64,000 bases of DNA from positions 69,380 to 133,379 of the forward strand of contig MGKI01000014.1 of NCBI GenBank assembly GCA_001795615.1, in the 5' to 3' direction. The notes under the pieces are model-generated. The model saw only the letters and a list, made by a program, of their open reading frames with translations, ran no database searches and was not told where the DNA came from. The translations under genes and the position numbers were made by a program. The DNA comes from Candidatus Yanofskybacteria bacterium RIFCSPLOWO2_01_FULL_42_49. Its GTDB lineage: Bacteria; Patescibacteriota; Minisyncoccia; 2-02-FULL-40-12; GWA2-44-9. Each line of letters opens with the position of its first letter. Position 1 is the stretch's first letter. Shown piece by piece: positions 38,260 through 48,738 of the stretch.

Positions 38260-39273
38260 ATGAAAAAAGACGTTCCGTCAATTTTGCTTGTTGGTGTAGG
38301 GTGGTGGGGCGGAAACCATTTGCGAATTTTGCTCAAGTTGCAAGCCATGAAGCTTTGCCGCTTGGTGGGCGTTCAGGCTAATAATCAGAACGTACTCCAA
38401 TACGTTGGCGGAGAATTTGGGGTCAAGACATTTTGCAATGATCAAGGACTAGAAGAAGCTGACGCTGTTGTTATCGCAACTCCAACGCACAACCACTTTG
38501 CAATAGCAGAGAAAGCGTTATTGGCAGGAAAAGATGTGCTTATAGAAAAACCACTGACCCAAACCCTAGAAGAAGCGTATAAGCTCAAAAAAATTCATGC
38601 CAATTCCTCGCAGATATTTATGGTGGGCCACACCTTTCGCTATAATCCGGCTGTGGATTGTGTCAAGAAACTTCTGTCAGATGGGGAAATAGGAAACATC
38701 CGATTTTTCCGAGGGCATTTCATGGGTCTTAGATCCAAAGAACAAGACGCTGGAATTCTCGCCACGGTTGCAATTCATTTTATTTACACATCAAATTATT
38801 TCATAGGCAGACTTCCAAAAAAGGTGTGGGCAAAAACAAATTACTTTCTGGATTCAAAACTAGAAGACCATTGCCTTGTACGGCTTGATTATAATCCGGA
38901 ATTTAGTCTTATTGAATCGGACTACTTTACTCCGGGCAAGTGGAGAACGTTTGATATCATCGGAACACAGGGAGCCATCTTCCTAGACGCACTTAACCAA
39001 AAAGTAGAATTGCACCAAAAAAGACACATATACACGGAATGTGGGTTTGAAGTATATGACGGAAATACAATGTATCCTAATTTAGAGTTTCAAGAACCCC
39101 TATATTTGGAACTTAGCCACTTCGTGAAATGTGTCCAACAAAGGACAGAACCTCTTACTGGGATTGAAGAGAGTATAAATGTTTTGGAAATTATTGAAGC
39201 AGCTTACGAATCGTCCCGTTCCGACCAAACAGTAATACTTGACACCCGGCCAACAACAGAAAGGAGAAGGTAG
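38260..39273 (+). CDS. Gfo/Idh/MocA family oxidoreductase
   Basis: VGVGWWG, IATP..H, IEKP, MVGHTFRYNP. Confidence 0.9.
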   Translation: MKKDVPSILLVGVGWWGGNHLRILLKLQAMKLCRLVGVQANNQNVLQYVGGEFGVKTFCNDQGLEEADAVVIATPTHNHFAIAEKALLAGKDVLIEKPLTQTLEEAYKLKKIHANSSQIFMVGHTFRYNPAVDCVKKLLSDGEIGNIRFFRGHFMGLRSKEQDAGILATVAIHFIYTSNYFIGRLPKKVWAKTNYFLDSKLEDHCLVRLDYNPEFSLIESDYFTPGKWRTFDIIGTQGAIFLDALNQKVELHQKRHIYTECGFEVYDGNTMYPNLEFQEPLYLELSHFVKCVQQRTEPLTGIEESINVLEIIEAAYESSRSDQTVILDTRPTTERRR

Positions 39274-40506
39274 ATGTCAAAGAAAAGCGTTCGTTGTCAA
39301 ATATGTGAAAGCACCACAAAGCAATTTTTAGACCTAGGCGAACATCCTCCATGCAACTTTCTAAACGAGCACGAACTGCAGCAGGAAATTTTGTACCCCA
39401 TGGTAGTCCATTTTTGCCCAGTGTGCAGTCTCGTACAATTAGGCAAACCTGTTAACCAGGAAGCGCTTTTTTTGCCTCATACTGGCTATCACCATATAGC
39501 CGCATTGTCATCAAGCTTCTCAAAACACCTTGATGTTCTGGCTTCTAAAACAGCAAAGAAATTTAATCTTAAGCCAAAAGATCTGGTAGTTGAGATCGGA
39601 GCAAACGACGGCGCCTTGCTTGAAGCGTTCCAAAAGAAAAATGTAAGAGTACTAGGAGTTGATCCGTCTGATATTGCCGAAATCGCCGCCAATAGAGGAC
39701 TCCCCGTCTTAAAGAAGTTCTTCAATGAGGAAATTGCATCTGAAATAGTCGACACCTGTGGCCAAGCAAGAATTATGACTGCATTAAATGTTTTTGCCCA
39801 CTTATCTTCGCTTCACTCTGTTGTAAGAGGAATTGAAAAATTACTTACCGCTGATGGAGTTTTTGTCAGTGAAAATGGTTACATATTGGATCTGATCAGA
39901 GATATGCAGTATGACTTCATCTATCAAGAACATCTGCGTTATTATTCCTTGCATGCATTAATTTACTTGTTTAACATGTCTGGTATGGATGTGTTTGATG
40001 TAGAACGGATCCCTGAACACGGCGGTTCCATAAGAGTATTTGCCTGCAAAAAAGGTGCTTATCGGATCTCGAATTCGGTAACAGTTCTCCTTAAAGAAGA
40101 GGTGCGATTCGGACTTAATACATTTGACACTTATATGGAATTTTCCAAAAAGGTCAAAGATCATCGAAAAAGTTTAAGAAAGATGTTGGAAAAAATTCGA
40201 GCAGAAGGCGGAACAATTGCCGGTCTTACATTTCCAGCCAGAGCAGAAACGCTTCTTACTTATTGCGGAATTGGTCCAAAAATAATTAGTTATGTTACCG
40301 AGTGGAGCGACATTAAAATTGGCAAGTTCACTCCGGGAACCCACATCAAGGTTGTGGACCAGGACATACTCTTCGGCGACAAAGCACCAGACTATGGCCT
40401 CATGCTATCCTGGCACATTCAAGAAGAGCTTATAGCTCGCTTTAGGAAAAACGGTTTCAAGGGAAAATTCATTATCCCCTTGCCGACACCGGCTATTATA
40501 TCCTGA
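39274..40506 (+). CDS. NDP-hexose C-methyltransferase (zinc-binding, EryBIII/TcaB9-like)
   Basis: CQIC...CPVC zinc site, EIGANDG, NVFAH, YQEH..YYS, HGGSIR, PGTHI, FIIPLP. Confidence 0.88.
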   Translation: MSKKSVRCQICESTTKQFLDLGEHPPCNFLNEHELQQEILYPMVVHFCPVCSLVQLGKPVNQEALFLPHTGYHHIAALSSSFSKHLDVLASKTAKKFNLKPKDLVVEIGANDGALLEAFQKKNVRVLGVDPSDIAEIAANRGLPVLKKFFNEEIASEIVDTCGQARIMTALNVFAHLSSLHSVVRGIEKLLTADGVFVSENGYILDLIRDMQYDFIYQEHLRYYSLHALIYLFNMSGMDVFDVERIPEHGGSIRVFACKKGAYRISNSVTVLLKEEVRFGLNTFDTYMEFSKKVKDHRKSLRKMLEKIRAEGGTIAGLTFPARAETLLTYCGIGPKIISYVTEWSDIKIGKFTPGTHIKVVDQDILFGDKAPDYGLMLSWHIQEELIARFRKNGFKGKFIIPLPTPAIIS

Positions 40507-40560
40507 TATAAAACATCACCCCCACTCCACGAAACGGATCAGGGGGTTTTATGTTTATAT
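40506..40560. terminator. Long imperfect hairpin between convergent genes
   Basis: ATATAAAACAT..ACCCCC ... GGGGGT..ATGTTTATAT. Confidence 0.5.
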
Positions 40561-40572
40561 TGGCTCCGATAT

Positions 40573-41514
40573 TTATTCGCCTGCCGACATCTTCTTTATC
40601 TTCTTTCTTGCAATATCTATGCCATAAGCAAAGAAGTCATATCTCCTGGGGCTTGTAAAATGTTTCATAACTGTGTTTTCACCGGGCCTACCTTTAATTA
40701 TATATGTGTCGACTGGAAAAAAATCAAAATTAACCTGAGATATTAATGACCCCCAACCGGACATACCCACAAGATAGTCTTTAACTTCTCTTTTTGTGTT
40801 TCTAAAATAATTTACGAACATATCCAGCGTAAATTTTTTTCTATTAATTAATATGAGTCCGGAGTTCATAAAATCAGCATGCTTTTCTATTAACTGATGT
40901 CTTTGCTCATATTCCTTACTAACCATTAAATCATAGACCCCCTGACGAGAAACCAGGGCATCAAATTGACTTTTTCCGTTAACAAAATTGATAATCTCAT
41001 CGGGCCTCTTGAAGAAAAGTATATCCGTATCGCATATCATTACTTTTTTAGCGCTACTTAACAAGAAGAGGTCAAAAAACTCCAATATTACCGCATGCCC
41101 ACCACCCCTATACTTTCTTATATCGTCCGGCAAGCCGGGATATTTTTCAATAAGCCGATCCGCCTCAACCTTGAATAAAACCTTCAAATTTCTAAACCTC
41201 TTCTCTAAAACAGAAGCTGATTTTTTATTAAATGACCCGTCGTCGTGGACAATAATATTAGGGCATAATTTAGAAAAATACAAAAAAGATTTCAATGCCC
41301 ACTCCAACATTCTAATATCACTTTTTTGACACAGAACATGGATTTCAAAACCAGGATCAGCGGAACATTCCTGTCCGAGCAACTTGGGCAGAAACAGATG
41401 ACTAAAGAGTTTATTCTTAAAATAGTTGAAATAATCTATGGCATGATATTTCTGACTAAACAACCTCCTTATAAAAAAGAGCTCTATCTTTATTTTTTTA
41501 AATATAGCTAACAT
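40573..41514 (-). CDS. GT-A fold glycosyltransferase-like protein
   Basis: VHDDGS, CDTDILFF (DXD), NSGL, C-terminal HF. Confidence 0.7.
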   Translation of the reverse strand: MLAIFKKIKIELFFIRRLFSQKYHAIDYFNYFKNKLFSHLFLPKLLGQECSADPGFEIHVLCQKSDIRMLEWALKSFLYFSKLCPNIIVHDDGSFNKKSASVLEKRFRNLKVLFKVEADRLIEKYPGLPDDIRKYRGGGHAVILEFFDLFLLSSAKKVMICDTDILFFKRPDEIINFVNGKSQFDALVSRQGVYDLMVSKEYEQRHQLIEKHADFMNSGLILINRKKFTLDMFVNYFRNTKREVKDYLVGMSGWGSLISQVNFDFFPVDTYIIKGRPGENTVMKHFTSPRRYDFFAYGIDIARKKIKKMSAGE

Positions 41515-41605
41515 CGTTATTATTATTAAATATTTATTATTTTACTTGATTTGTTGTCTTCCCTTTGATACCATGCCACCATATCACAAGATTACATTTA
41601 AATAA

Positions 41606-42808
41606 ATGACCGGCATTACAACGGCGGGGAATGTCACTAAAATGGTAGATAAACATAAAAAAAACAACGATGTTAAGATCCTTAGAGATAACCCTAAACA
41701 AGTTGTCGGCATTATTGGGGGTGGTATTTTTGGAATTCTAACAGCTCTCGAAGTGGCGAAGAAGGGCTATTCAGTTATTATTTTTGAAAAAGAAAAAGAT
41801 GTCATAACGGGAGCATCGCTTGTCAACCATTGTAGGGTTCATATGGGCTATCATTATCCCAGAGATAAAAAAACTGTCACACAAAGCTTAAAAGCTAAAA
41901 CACCATTTGAAAATTTCTTTGGTAAATCGATAGTAAGAAAAATAAATAATTACTATATGGTCGCGAAGGAAGGAAGCATGACCGACCATAGAGATTTCTT
42001 GTCATTTTGTAAAAAAACAAACTTGCCACATAAAATATCATGGCCTTCTGGCTTAAAAATATCGAAAGAAAAAATAGCCGTTAGCGTCAAGGTGCCGGAA
42101 AAAGTTTTTGATGCTAACAGAAAAAGAGATTTTCTTCTTAAAAAAATATCGAGGGAAAAAAATATCACCCTACTGACAGATGCGGAGGTTGTAGACATCA
42201 AAAAAAGTAACGACGGATTTGTAGTAAGCCACGGATTAGGTGAAAACAAAAAAATTACCAACTGCACAGCCTTGGTAAATGCAACATACAGCGCGATAAA
42301 TCATATTAACAATCTGCTTGGCTTGCCGCTCCAAACATTTCAGTATGAGCTATGTGAATTGCCTGTGGCCCTTGCACCGTGGAAAGGTACCGGTTGGATG
42401 ATTATGGATGGACCGTTTTTCAGTGCAATGCCTTTTGGTTACTCAAAAAACCATCTTTTTTATGATGTTGAACTTTCTGTTTTAGAAAGAACCATCGGCA
42501 AAACTCCAAATTTCAAATTCGGAATAGATTACTATGATACTAAAAAAAGAAGGCTGGAAAGATTCAATAAATACAAAGAAAAGTGGAAATATTGGATTGG
42601 AGAAATTAAGGGTTGCAGATATCTTTATTCCATGTACACCACAAGGGTTGTTTTACCAAAAGTAGAAAAAACAGACATGCGCCCTACCATAATAAAAGAA
42701 CTTATGCCCGGTTTTTGGCAGATTTTTTCTGGAAAAGTTACTACCAGTGTACCAGGATCAATAGAAATTAGTAACAAAATCGATAGATTCCTAAAAAGAA
42801 AGTCCTAG
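41606..42808 (+). CDS. FAD-dependent oxidoreductase (DAO-like)
   Basis: IIGGGIFG, FEKE, GAS..N..R.H.GYHYPR, MDGPF, SGK; the true start may be 41642. Confidence 0.85.
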   Translation: MTGITTAGNVTKMVDKHKKNNDVKILRDNPKQVVGIIGGGIFGILTALEVAKKGYSVIIFEKEKDVITGASLVNHCRVHMGYHYPRDKKTVTQSLKAKTPFENFFGKSIVRKINNYYMVAKEGSMTDHRDFLSFCKKTNLPHKISWPSGLKISKEKIAVSVKVPEKVFDANRKRDFLLKKISREKNITLLTDAEVVDIKKSNDGFVVSHGLGENKKITNCTALVNATYSAINHINNLLGLPLQTFQYELCELPVALAPWKGTGWMIMDGPFFSAMPFGYSKNHLFYDVELSVLERTIGKTPNFKFGIDYYDTKKRRLERFNKYKEKWKYWIGEIKGCRYLYSMYTTRVVLPKVEKTDMRPTIIKELMPGFWQIFSGKVTTSVPGSIEISNKIDRFLKRKS

Positions 42809-43945
42809 GTAAGCTCCGATTCTTTCTGCTCTTTTCTGCCAAGTATAATTCTTAACATCTTCAAGCCCTTTGGCAGATATCTGATTACATATATCCTGAT
42901 GTTCTAGAGCCTTTATTATGCCATTGGATAAGTCTAAGTTATCATCCGGTTTTACTAAAATAGCATTGTTTTGATTCAAAATTTCTCCTATCGACTCAAG
43001 GTTAGATGCAACTATTGGTCTCCCTGAAGCCATATATTCGAAAAGTTTAAGCGGCGAGGTGTAGCTTGATATCTTATTACTGGCCGAATTAGGTAGAACC
43101 AAAATGTCGGCTGCTTTCAAAAATAACGGCATCTCTTTGTGTGGTTTCTGTCCCAATATCAAAGTGTTGCTCAGGCCTTCAGCTTTTTTTTTAAATTGTT
43201 TTAGGTCATATTCCGTCCCTCCAACAAAAACGAACAGAATGCCTCCTTTTTTCTCAAAATCAGAAATTCTAAATTCAAAATTACGCGCTACTTCTAGCAG
43301 CACATCAGCCCCCTTCCAATCAAATAAATGTCCGGCATACATAATGATCTTCTGATCTTTTGGTAAATTAGTTTTTGACCGAGCTTCTTCTTTGGGAATG
43401 TCCACATCAAATAAGTCCATATCAACGCCGTCATGGGCAACCAAAATACTTACCGGAAAACCAAACTTAACAAAATCTTTTTTTATTGCTTCTGAGATAA
43501 CTACGACCCTAACGCCTTTTTTCTTAAATCGATTGTAAAAAGATTTTCTCTTTGGTGAAAATCTGTGCGCTTCAAAAATTAAGTTGTTTTTAAAAAAACT
43601 CAAAAAATATATCGGCCATTCATCGCGGGAATAGATAAAATCGGCACCAGAAAATAAACCATAAAAAGCTAGAAAAAGGGCAGAGATAAAACTTTTCACG
43701 ACAACTGAAATTTTATCTAAAGAACCAGACAAATAAAAATCAACGGCCGGAATTACTTTAATTTTAAAATTCTTTTTGATACCATAATAATTAAAAAAAT
43801 CTCTATGGGGATTTTTCCTATAGGGATATGCTAGTAAAACCTCCAAACCGATGCCAGCAAAAGCCGAACACATTTCCGCAATTTGAATGCCATATGCTTT
43901 TTCTGTCGGTAATCGCAAATTTGATAAATAAAGAAGTTTTTTCAC
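42791..43945 (-). CDS. GT4 glycosyltransferase
   Basis: FEAH, YAGHLFDWKG, SPLKLFEYMASG. Confidence 0.9.
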   Translation of the reverse strand: MKKLLYLSNLRLPTEKAYGIQIAEMCSAFAGIGLEVLLAYPYRKNPHRDFFNYYGIKKNFKIKVIPAVDFYLSGSLDKISVVVKSFISALFLAFYGLFSGADFIYSRDEWPIYFLSFFKNNLIFEAHRFSPKRKSFYNRFKKKGVRVVVISEAIKKDFVKFGFPVSILVAHDGVDMDLFDVDIPKEEARSKTNLPKDQKIIMYAGHLFDWKGADVLLEVARNFEFRISDFEKKGGILFVFVGGTEYDLKQFKKKAEGLSNTLILGQKPHKEMPLFLKAADILVLPNSASNKISSYTSPLKLFEYMASGRPIVASNLESIGEILNQNNAILVKPDDNLDLSNGIIKALEHQDICNQISAKGLEDVKNYTWQKRAERIGAYLGLSF

Positions 43946-43948
43946 TTT

Positions 43949-44845
43949 TTAATTATTCGAAATTTCCTTTAAAACTAGCCCCACTTCATCTTTCCAATCT
44001 GGCAAAGAAAAACCCATATCAGTAGCTTTTTGTACATTTAACCACATCTCATGCGGACGCAAAGCAACCTTTCCGGCTTGAGTTTTATTCACGCTTAACC
44101 TAGTTACTTTGCCGGAATAATTTGGAAACAGTTTTACTACCTCTTCCCATATTTGTGCCTTATTAACTCGGTTTTTGCTGCCTAAATGCAAAACGCCAGG
44201 CCTGAAATTATTAATAACATCGCCGATAATCAAAGCCAGAGTTGCAGTACTAATCGGATTTATCACCACATCCGTAAATAAGCTGAATGAGCGATTGTTT
44301 GACGCCATATCAACAAACCACTGCATAAAACTGGGATGAGCGCCCAGTGGTCGTTTGCCTATGGGATTTGCCCTTAAAACAAGGCCCTTTTTATATTTTA
44401 TGACAATTTTCTCCGCTTCATTTTTAGTTTTACCGTAATAGTTAACCGGATCAGTTTTATCATTTTCAACATAGTTGCCTTTTTTCCCAGAAAACACCAT
44501 CGGCGTAGAAATATAAATAAAATGAGCACCTAAAGATTCAGCCAAATCTAACAAATTTTCAGTTCCATAAATATTTACTTTACGGCAAATAGATTTGTTT
44601 AATTCGCAAAAATTAACATCTGTAACTGCGGCGCAGTGAATTATGGTTTGGATATTTTTAAACCAGCGGGGATGTACTTTTTCAGTTATATCAAGGCTAA
44701 CCTTGCTAATGTGTTTGCCGCTAGGAACAAATTCTTCGTTGGAATTATAAGCCGCCAGAACAGGAAATCCTTTTCTGGCTAAAATATCTGAGATTTTAGA
44801 GCCCAGCATTCCGCTGGCCCCGGTAATTAATATTTTTTGTTTCAT
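43949..44845 (-). CDS. RmlD-like SDR, paralogue of 37170-38093
   Basis: TGASGMLG, HCAAVTDVNFCE, YGKTK. Confidence 0.85.
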   Translation of the reverse strand: MKQKILITGASGMLGSKISDILARKGFPVLAAYNSNEEFVPSGKHISKVSLDITEKVHPRWFKNIQTIIHCAAVTDVNFCELNKSICRKVNIYGTENLLDLAESLGAHFIYISTPMVFSGKKGNYVENDKTDPVNYYGKTKNEAEKIVIKYKKGLVLRANPIGKRPLGAHPSFMQWFVDMASNNRSFSLFTDVVINPISTATLALIIGDVINNFRPGVLHLGSKNRVNKAQIWEEVVKLFPNYSGKVTRLSVNKTQAGKVALRPHEMWLNVQKATDMGFSLPDWKDEVGLVLKEISNN

Positions 44846-46023
44846 AAAGAATTAAGGAACTTCTCCATCCGTTCAGCCGTAGAACGATGGCTAAAATGTT
44901 CAACAACATATTTTCTACCCGCCTTACCCATGGTTTCTCTCAAATTATCATCCATAATAATTTTTTTCATCGCTCTATAAATATCATCGGGCTCGCTTTT
45001 TTCCACTAATATTCCTGTCTTACCATCTAAAACAGTTTCTTCTAGTGACCCGGTTTTGCTTGTAATAACCGGGGTGCCGCAAGCTTGTGCTTGAAGCATC
45101 AAAAGCCCCCACTGTTCCTCCCAACCCTCAAAAGGAACTGATGGGTGAACCATTATATCCGATTGGGCATAAATGGGAGCCAATTCATTTAGTGGCTGCC
45201 AAGGTAGCAGTGTAACCCTGTTTTTAATACCAGATTCTTCTATTATCTGCCTGACCCTGGATTCTAATTCGCCGGTTCCTATAATTACTAAATGGGCATC
45301 GATAATCTCTCTAGAAAGCATCTTGAATGCTTCAATGGTTTGTAAAGTTCCCTTCCTAGATGTAAATGTGGCTGAATAGGTAATAACTTTTTTGCCAATT
45401 AGACCGTATTTTACTCTAAAATCATTTTCGGCTTCTGGATTAAAGGTGTCCGTATCCACTCCGGCTTGGTTGAATACAGCAATTTTTATATTTGGATTAT
45501 ATCTTTCGAAATAATCTTTATGTATCTCATACGCTTTCTGCATTCCGCAAACTCCGGCTGCACTTAATTCTATATTCTTTTTTAACAACCACTCTATTAA
45601 TTTCAACTTAAAACCTGATAGCCGGCCGCGATAAGGAACATTCTGCCAAGTAAAAAAAACATGTTTAAGCTTTAAATTTTTAGCAATAAGACCATAAATA
45701 TATGTAACCAGCAGATTTGGCTCATAGGCACTAAAAAAAATATCGCCTGGCCTTGATTCCTTTTTTAATATAAACCAAAGCATCGGCATCCAACCCTTCA
45801 ACTGTCCTCTGATAATCGGGTACTTAGAATGATAAAATAATGTCGAAGCGGAAATAACTTTGATGTTTTTTAATTTTGGAGAAAAGACCGTCTTTTTACT
45901 ACCCTTGGTTGATTTCCATTTTTTAGGCACAACCAAGACAAGGTTGTTTTTGTTTATAAAGTAATCAAAGACTCGGTAATTATGGTCGTATATGTAAGTA
46001 TAGGAAGTAGAAAAAATTCGCAT
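44842..46023 (-). CDS. GT4 glycosyltransferase
   Basis: FTWQN, GVD, WEEQWG...QAQACG. Confidence 0.88.
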   Translation of the reverse strand: MRIFSTSYTYIYDHNYRVFDYFINKNNLVLVVPKKWKSTKGSKKTVFSPKLKNIKVISASTLFYHSKYPIIRGQLKGWMPMLWFILKKESRPGDIFFSAYEPNLLVTYIYGLIAKNLKLKHVFFTWQNVPYRGRLSGFKLKLIEWLLKKNIELSAAGVCGMQKAYEIHKDYFERYNPNIKIAVFNQAGVDTDTFNPEAENDFRVKYGLIGKKVITYSATFTSRKGTLQTIEAFKMLSREIIDAHLVIIGTGELESRVRQIIEESGIKNRVTLLPWQPLNELAPIYAQSDIMVHPSVPFEGWEEQWGLLMLQAQACGTPVITSKTGSLEETVLDGKTGILVEKSEPDDIYRAMKKIIMDDNLRETMGKAGRKYVVEHFSHRSTAERMEKFLNSL

Positions 46024-46041
46024 GTGTGTCGAGGATTAATT

Positions 46042-46668
46042 TTAGGACCGCTTTGGTTTTAAATAAAAACAAACCTGAAAACCGAAAAGATTTGGCCAAA
46101 TATCACGCAATATTTTTCTTCCATTGGAAGAACATATCTCTTTTACCTCAAACCCAGAGTTTTCAGCGGTTTTTATAAAATCATTGACTGACCAGTATCT
46201 TAGATGCTCTTCTGGGGCAATTGCCCATTGCTTAGGAAATTTACCCGATAAAAGCTGGAGACGGAATTTCCAATAAGCAATGTTGGGTATTGATATCAGA
46301 ACACCTTTTTTAGCTATTCGGCCAACAACCCTAAGGACTTCCTCTGAATTAGGAATATGTTCAATAAATTCGGACATAATCACAAAATCAAAACTTTCTG
46401 GGTCAAATTTGCTTATATCGCTTGAAGCGTCAAGTTGAATAACTTTCAAACCCCGGCTTCTGGCTGAATTTAGAGCGGTTTCAGAAATATCAGCACCAGT
46501 ATAATCTACTTTTTTGTTACTAACCAAAAATTCCCCGAAATATCCATCGCCACAGCCAATGTCAAGAACTTTTGAACCGGATGGCATCCAATTAGAAAAA
46601 ATATGATAACGGGGTCGATTGCCTGATTTTCCTCTTTTTCGCCAATAATTCTCGTAGAAAATTTTCAT
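46042..46668 (-). CDS. Class I SAM methyltransferase (MetW-like)
   Basis: VLDIGCGDG, SEFIEH, SIPN.AYW. Confidence 0.85.
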   Translation of the reverse strand: MKIFYENYWRKRGKSGNRPRYHIFSNWMPSGSKVLDIGCGDGYFGEFLVSNKKVDYTGADISETALNSARSRGLKVIQLDASSDISKFDPESFDFVIMSEFIEHIPNSEEVLRVVGRIAKKGVLISIPNIAYWKFRLQLLSGKFPKQWAIAPEEHLRYWSVNDFIKTAENSGFEVKEICSSNGRKILRDIWPNLFGFQVCFYLKPKRS

Positions 46669-47708
46669 CAGATTAACTTTTCAGTCCAAGTTTTAGGAGT
46701 TTTAGGGTGTTCAAGCTCTAAACTTTTCAAATAAAAAAACGGTTGCTTGCCTATAGATTTAGCCCATTTCATCATTTTTTCAACTCCATTTGACAAATCG
46801 ACTTTGGGCCTAAATCCTAAGAGTTTCTCAGCCACTTTATGCTCACAATAAGCATATTTAACCTCACGGGGTCGATCGGGTACATTCTTGGGAAGAATCG
46901 TTTTAGGAACATTTTTCATATCGCCATAAAATGTTTTTAATACAATTTCGGCTAATTCCTTTAAGGTTACTGGTTTATCAGAACCAATATTTATAATCTT
47001 GCCTTCGCATTCTTTTTTAAAAGCAGCTTTTACGGTAGCCGGCGCCACATCATCAATATAAGAAAATGCTCTTTTTTGCATCCCGTCACCATAAATATAA
47101 AAATTCCGACCGTGAAGTAAACTGTTAATAAAAATTCCGACAACATTTCTGTAGGGATCGGACAAATTTTGTCTGGGACCATACACATTATGTGGCCTGA
47201 TAATGACATATTTAAAACCATAAACATCAGACAAGACATGAGTCGTCTTTTCCATGGACATTTTAGAAATACCATAAATATCTTCCGGCTGAGGTATCAT
47301 ACTCTCCCTGAATGGAACTTGCTGCGCTCCGTATACACTCATTGAGCTGGTCAATATAATTTTCTTCAAACCGTGTTTGATGGCCGGAACGAGAAGATTT
47401 ATATAAGCGACAATATTTCTATCAATAGCGCTGAATGGGGTAAACTGGCTTCTGCCCTCGGTTGCGTCGGCAGCAAAATGAAAAATGATGTCTGGCTTTA
47501 GTTTTGCAATATAATTTGCAGTTTTTATTCGATCTCGTAAATCAAGTTTCGTGAAGAATTTTTTTTGCGAAACATTTCTCATAAATCCTCCCGAGAGATC
47601 ATCCACTCCATAAACTCGACAACCCATATTAAAAAGCAGATCATAGACATGACTCCCTATAAAACCAGCCGAACCGGTGACTAAAATTTTTGGTTTATTC
47701 AAGCTCAT
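46668..47708 (-). CDS. NAD-dependent sugar epimerase/dehydratase
   Basis: TGSAGFIG, TSSMSVYG, YGISK, RPHNVYGPRQ. Confidence 0.9.
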   Translation of the reverse strand: MSLNKPKILVTGSAGFIGSHVYDLLFNMGCRVYGVDDLSGGFMRNVSQKKFFTKLDLRDRIKTANYIAKLKPDIIFHFAADATEGRSQFTPFSAIDRNIVAYINLLVPAIKHGLKKIILTSSMSVYGAQQVPFRESMIPQPEDIYGISKMSMEKTTHVLSDVYGFKYVIIRPHNVYGPRQNLSDPYRNVVGIFINSLLHGRNFYIYGDGMQKRAFSYIDDVAPATVKAAFKKECEGKIINIGSDKPVTLKELAEIVLKTFYGDMKNVPKTILPKNVPDRPREVKYAYCEHKVAEKLLGFRPKVDLSNGVEKMMKWAKSIGKQPFFYLKSLELEHPKTPKTWTEKLI

Positions 47709-48738
47709 TAATTATATCTTTGAACTTTCCACCCAATATAAGCGGGGAAGCATTATTTTTAAACTTCTCATAACCATTAGCGGCTATTTTATTCATTAGT
47801 GCTGGATCTTGTTTCAGGCGTAAAATAGCATCGGCCAAAGATTCTGGATTTGCCGGTTCCACCAATATTAAATCTCCTTCATTAAACAACTCTCTCACTG
47901 CCGGTGTATTAGCCGTAACAATCGGTTTCTTCATAGCCAAACACTCATAGACTTTATTAGGAATAACTCTCTGCGTTTTTTGAGTATTACCAAATATCCC
48001 TAGACAAACATCGGCCTTGGCAATATTTTCTCTTATCCATTCCTGGCTCATAAAATCCGTGAATTCGACATTTTTTAAACCAAGTTTATCAGACAACTCT
48101 ACCATCTTTTTTTTCTCTTGTCCATCCCCAATAATAAGGAATTCGATGTCGTCTTTTTGGCATATTTTTGCCGCTCTTAAAATATACTCGATCCCCTGCA
48201 GGGGTATAAACGACCCATGAAAAACAATGAGAAATTTACCAGAATTTAACTGTGGCATAGGATAAAACACGCTATCCCTTGCCCCTATCCATATTCTTCT
48301 AAACTTTCTTGTTTTTATTCCAAATTCTTCCGATGCATATTGGATATGCTGATCAGTATCAAATAAAACGATATCAGCCAGTCGCATAGACAGCCAATCT
48401 AAAACCCAATAATAAAAAGCTCTTAGGGAACCCGCCCTTACTGTTTTACGGTCAAAGACATTTGAGTCATAAAGGGATAGGAACGCATCAAAAACAATAG
48501 GCTTTCTTGAGATCAGCTTTGCAAAAGGCACAATTTGCTGCCCTAAAAAACCGACCACCATCACATCATATTTATTTTTTAATCGTCTATGTTTTTGGTA
48601 AAGTTTTATGAATTTACCAATTCCGGGTGAATCATCCCTACACTCAATTACCTCAACATCATTCTGCTTTAAGCCATCTATCAAAACTCTATTTCTGGAA
48701 TAATCCGGATTGTACGATCCAAAATATAAAACTCTCAT
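47695..48738 (-). CDS. GT4 glycosyltransferase
   Basis: FHGSFIPLQG, LGIFG, RVIPNKVYE. Confidence 0.88.
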   Translation of the reverse strand: MRVLYFGSYNPDYSRNRVLIDGLKQNDVEVIECRDDSPGIGKFIKLYQKHRRLKNKYDVMVVGFLGQQIVPFAKLISRKPIVFDAFLSLYDSNVFDRKTVRAGSLRAFYYWVLDWLSMRLADIVLFDTDQHIQYASEEFGIKTRKFRRIWIGARDSVFYPMPQLNSGKFLIVFHGSFIPLQGIEYILRAAKICQKDDIEFLIIGDGQEKKKMVELSDKLGLKNVEFTDFMSQEWIRENIAKADVCLGIFGNTQKTQRVIPNKVYECLAMKKPIVTANTPAVRELFNEGDLILVEPANPESLADAILRLKQDPALMNKIAANGYEKFKNNASPLILGGKFKDIINELE

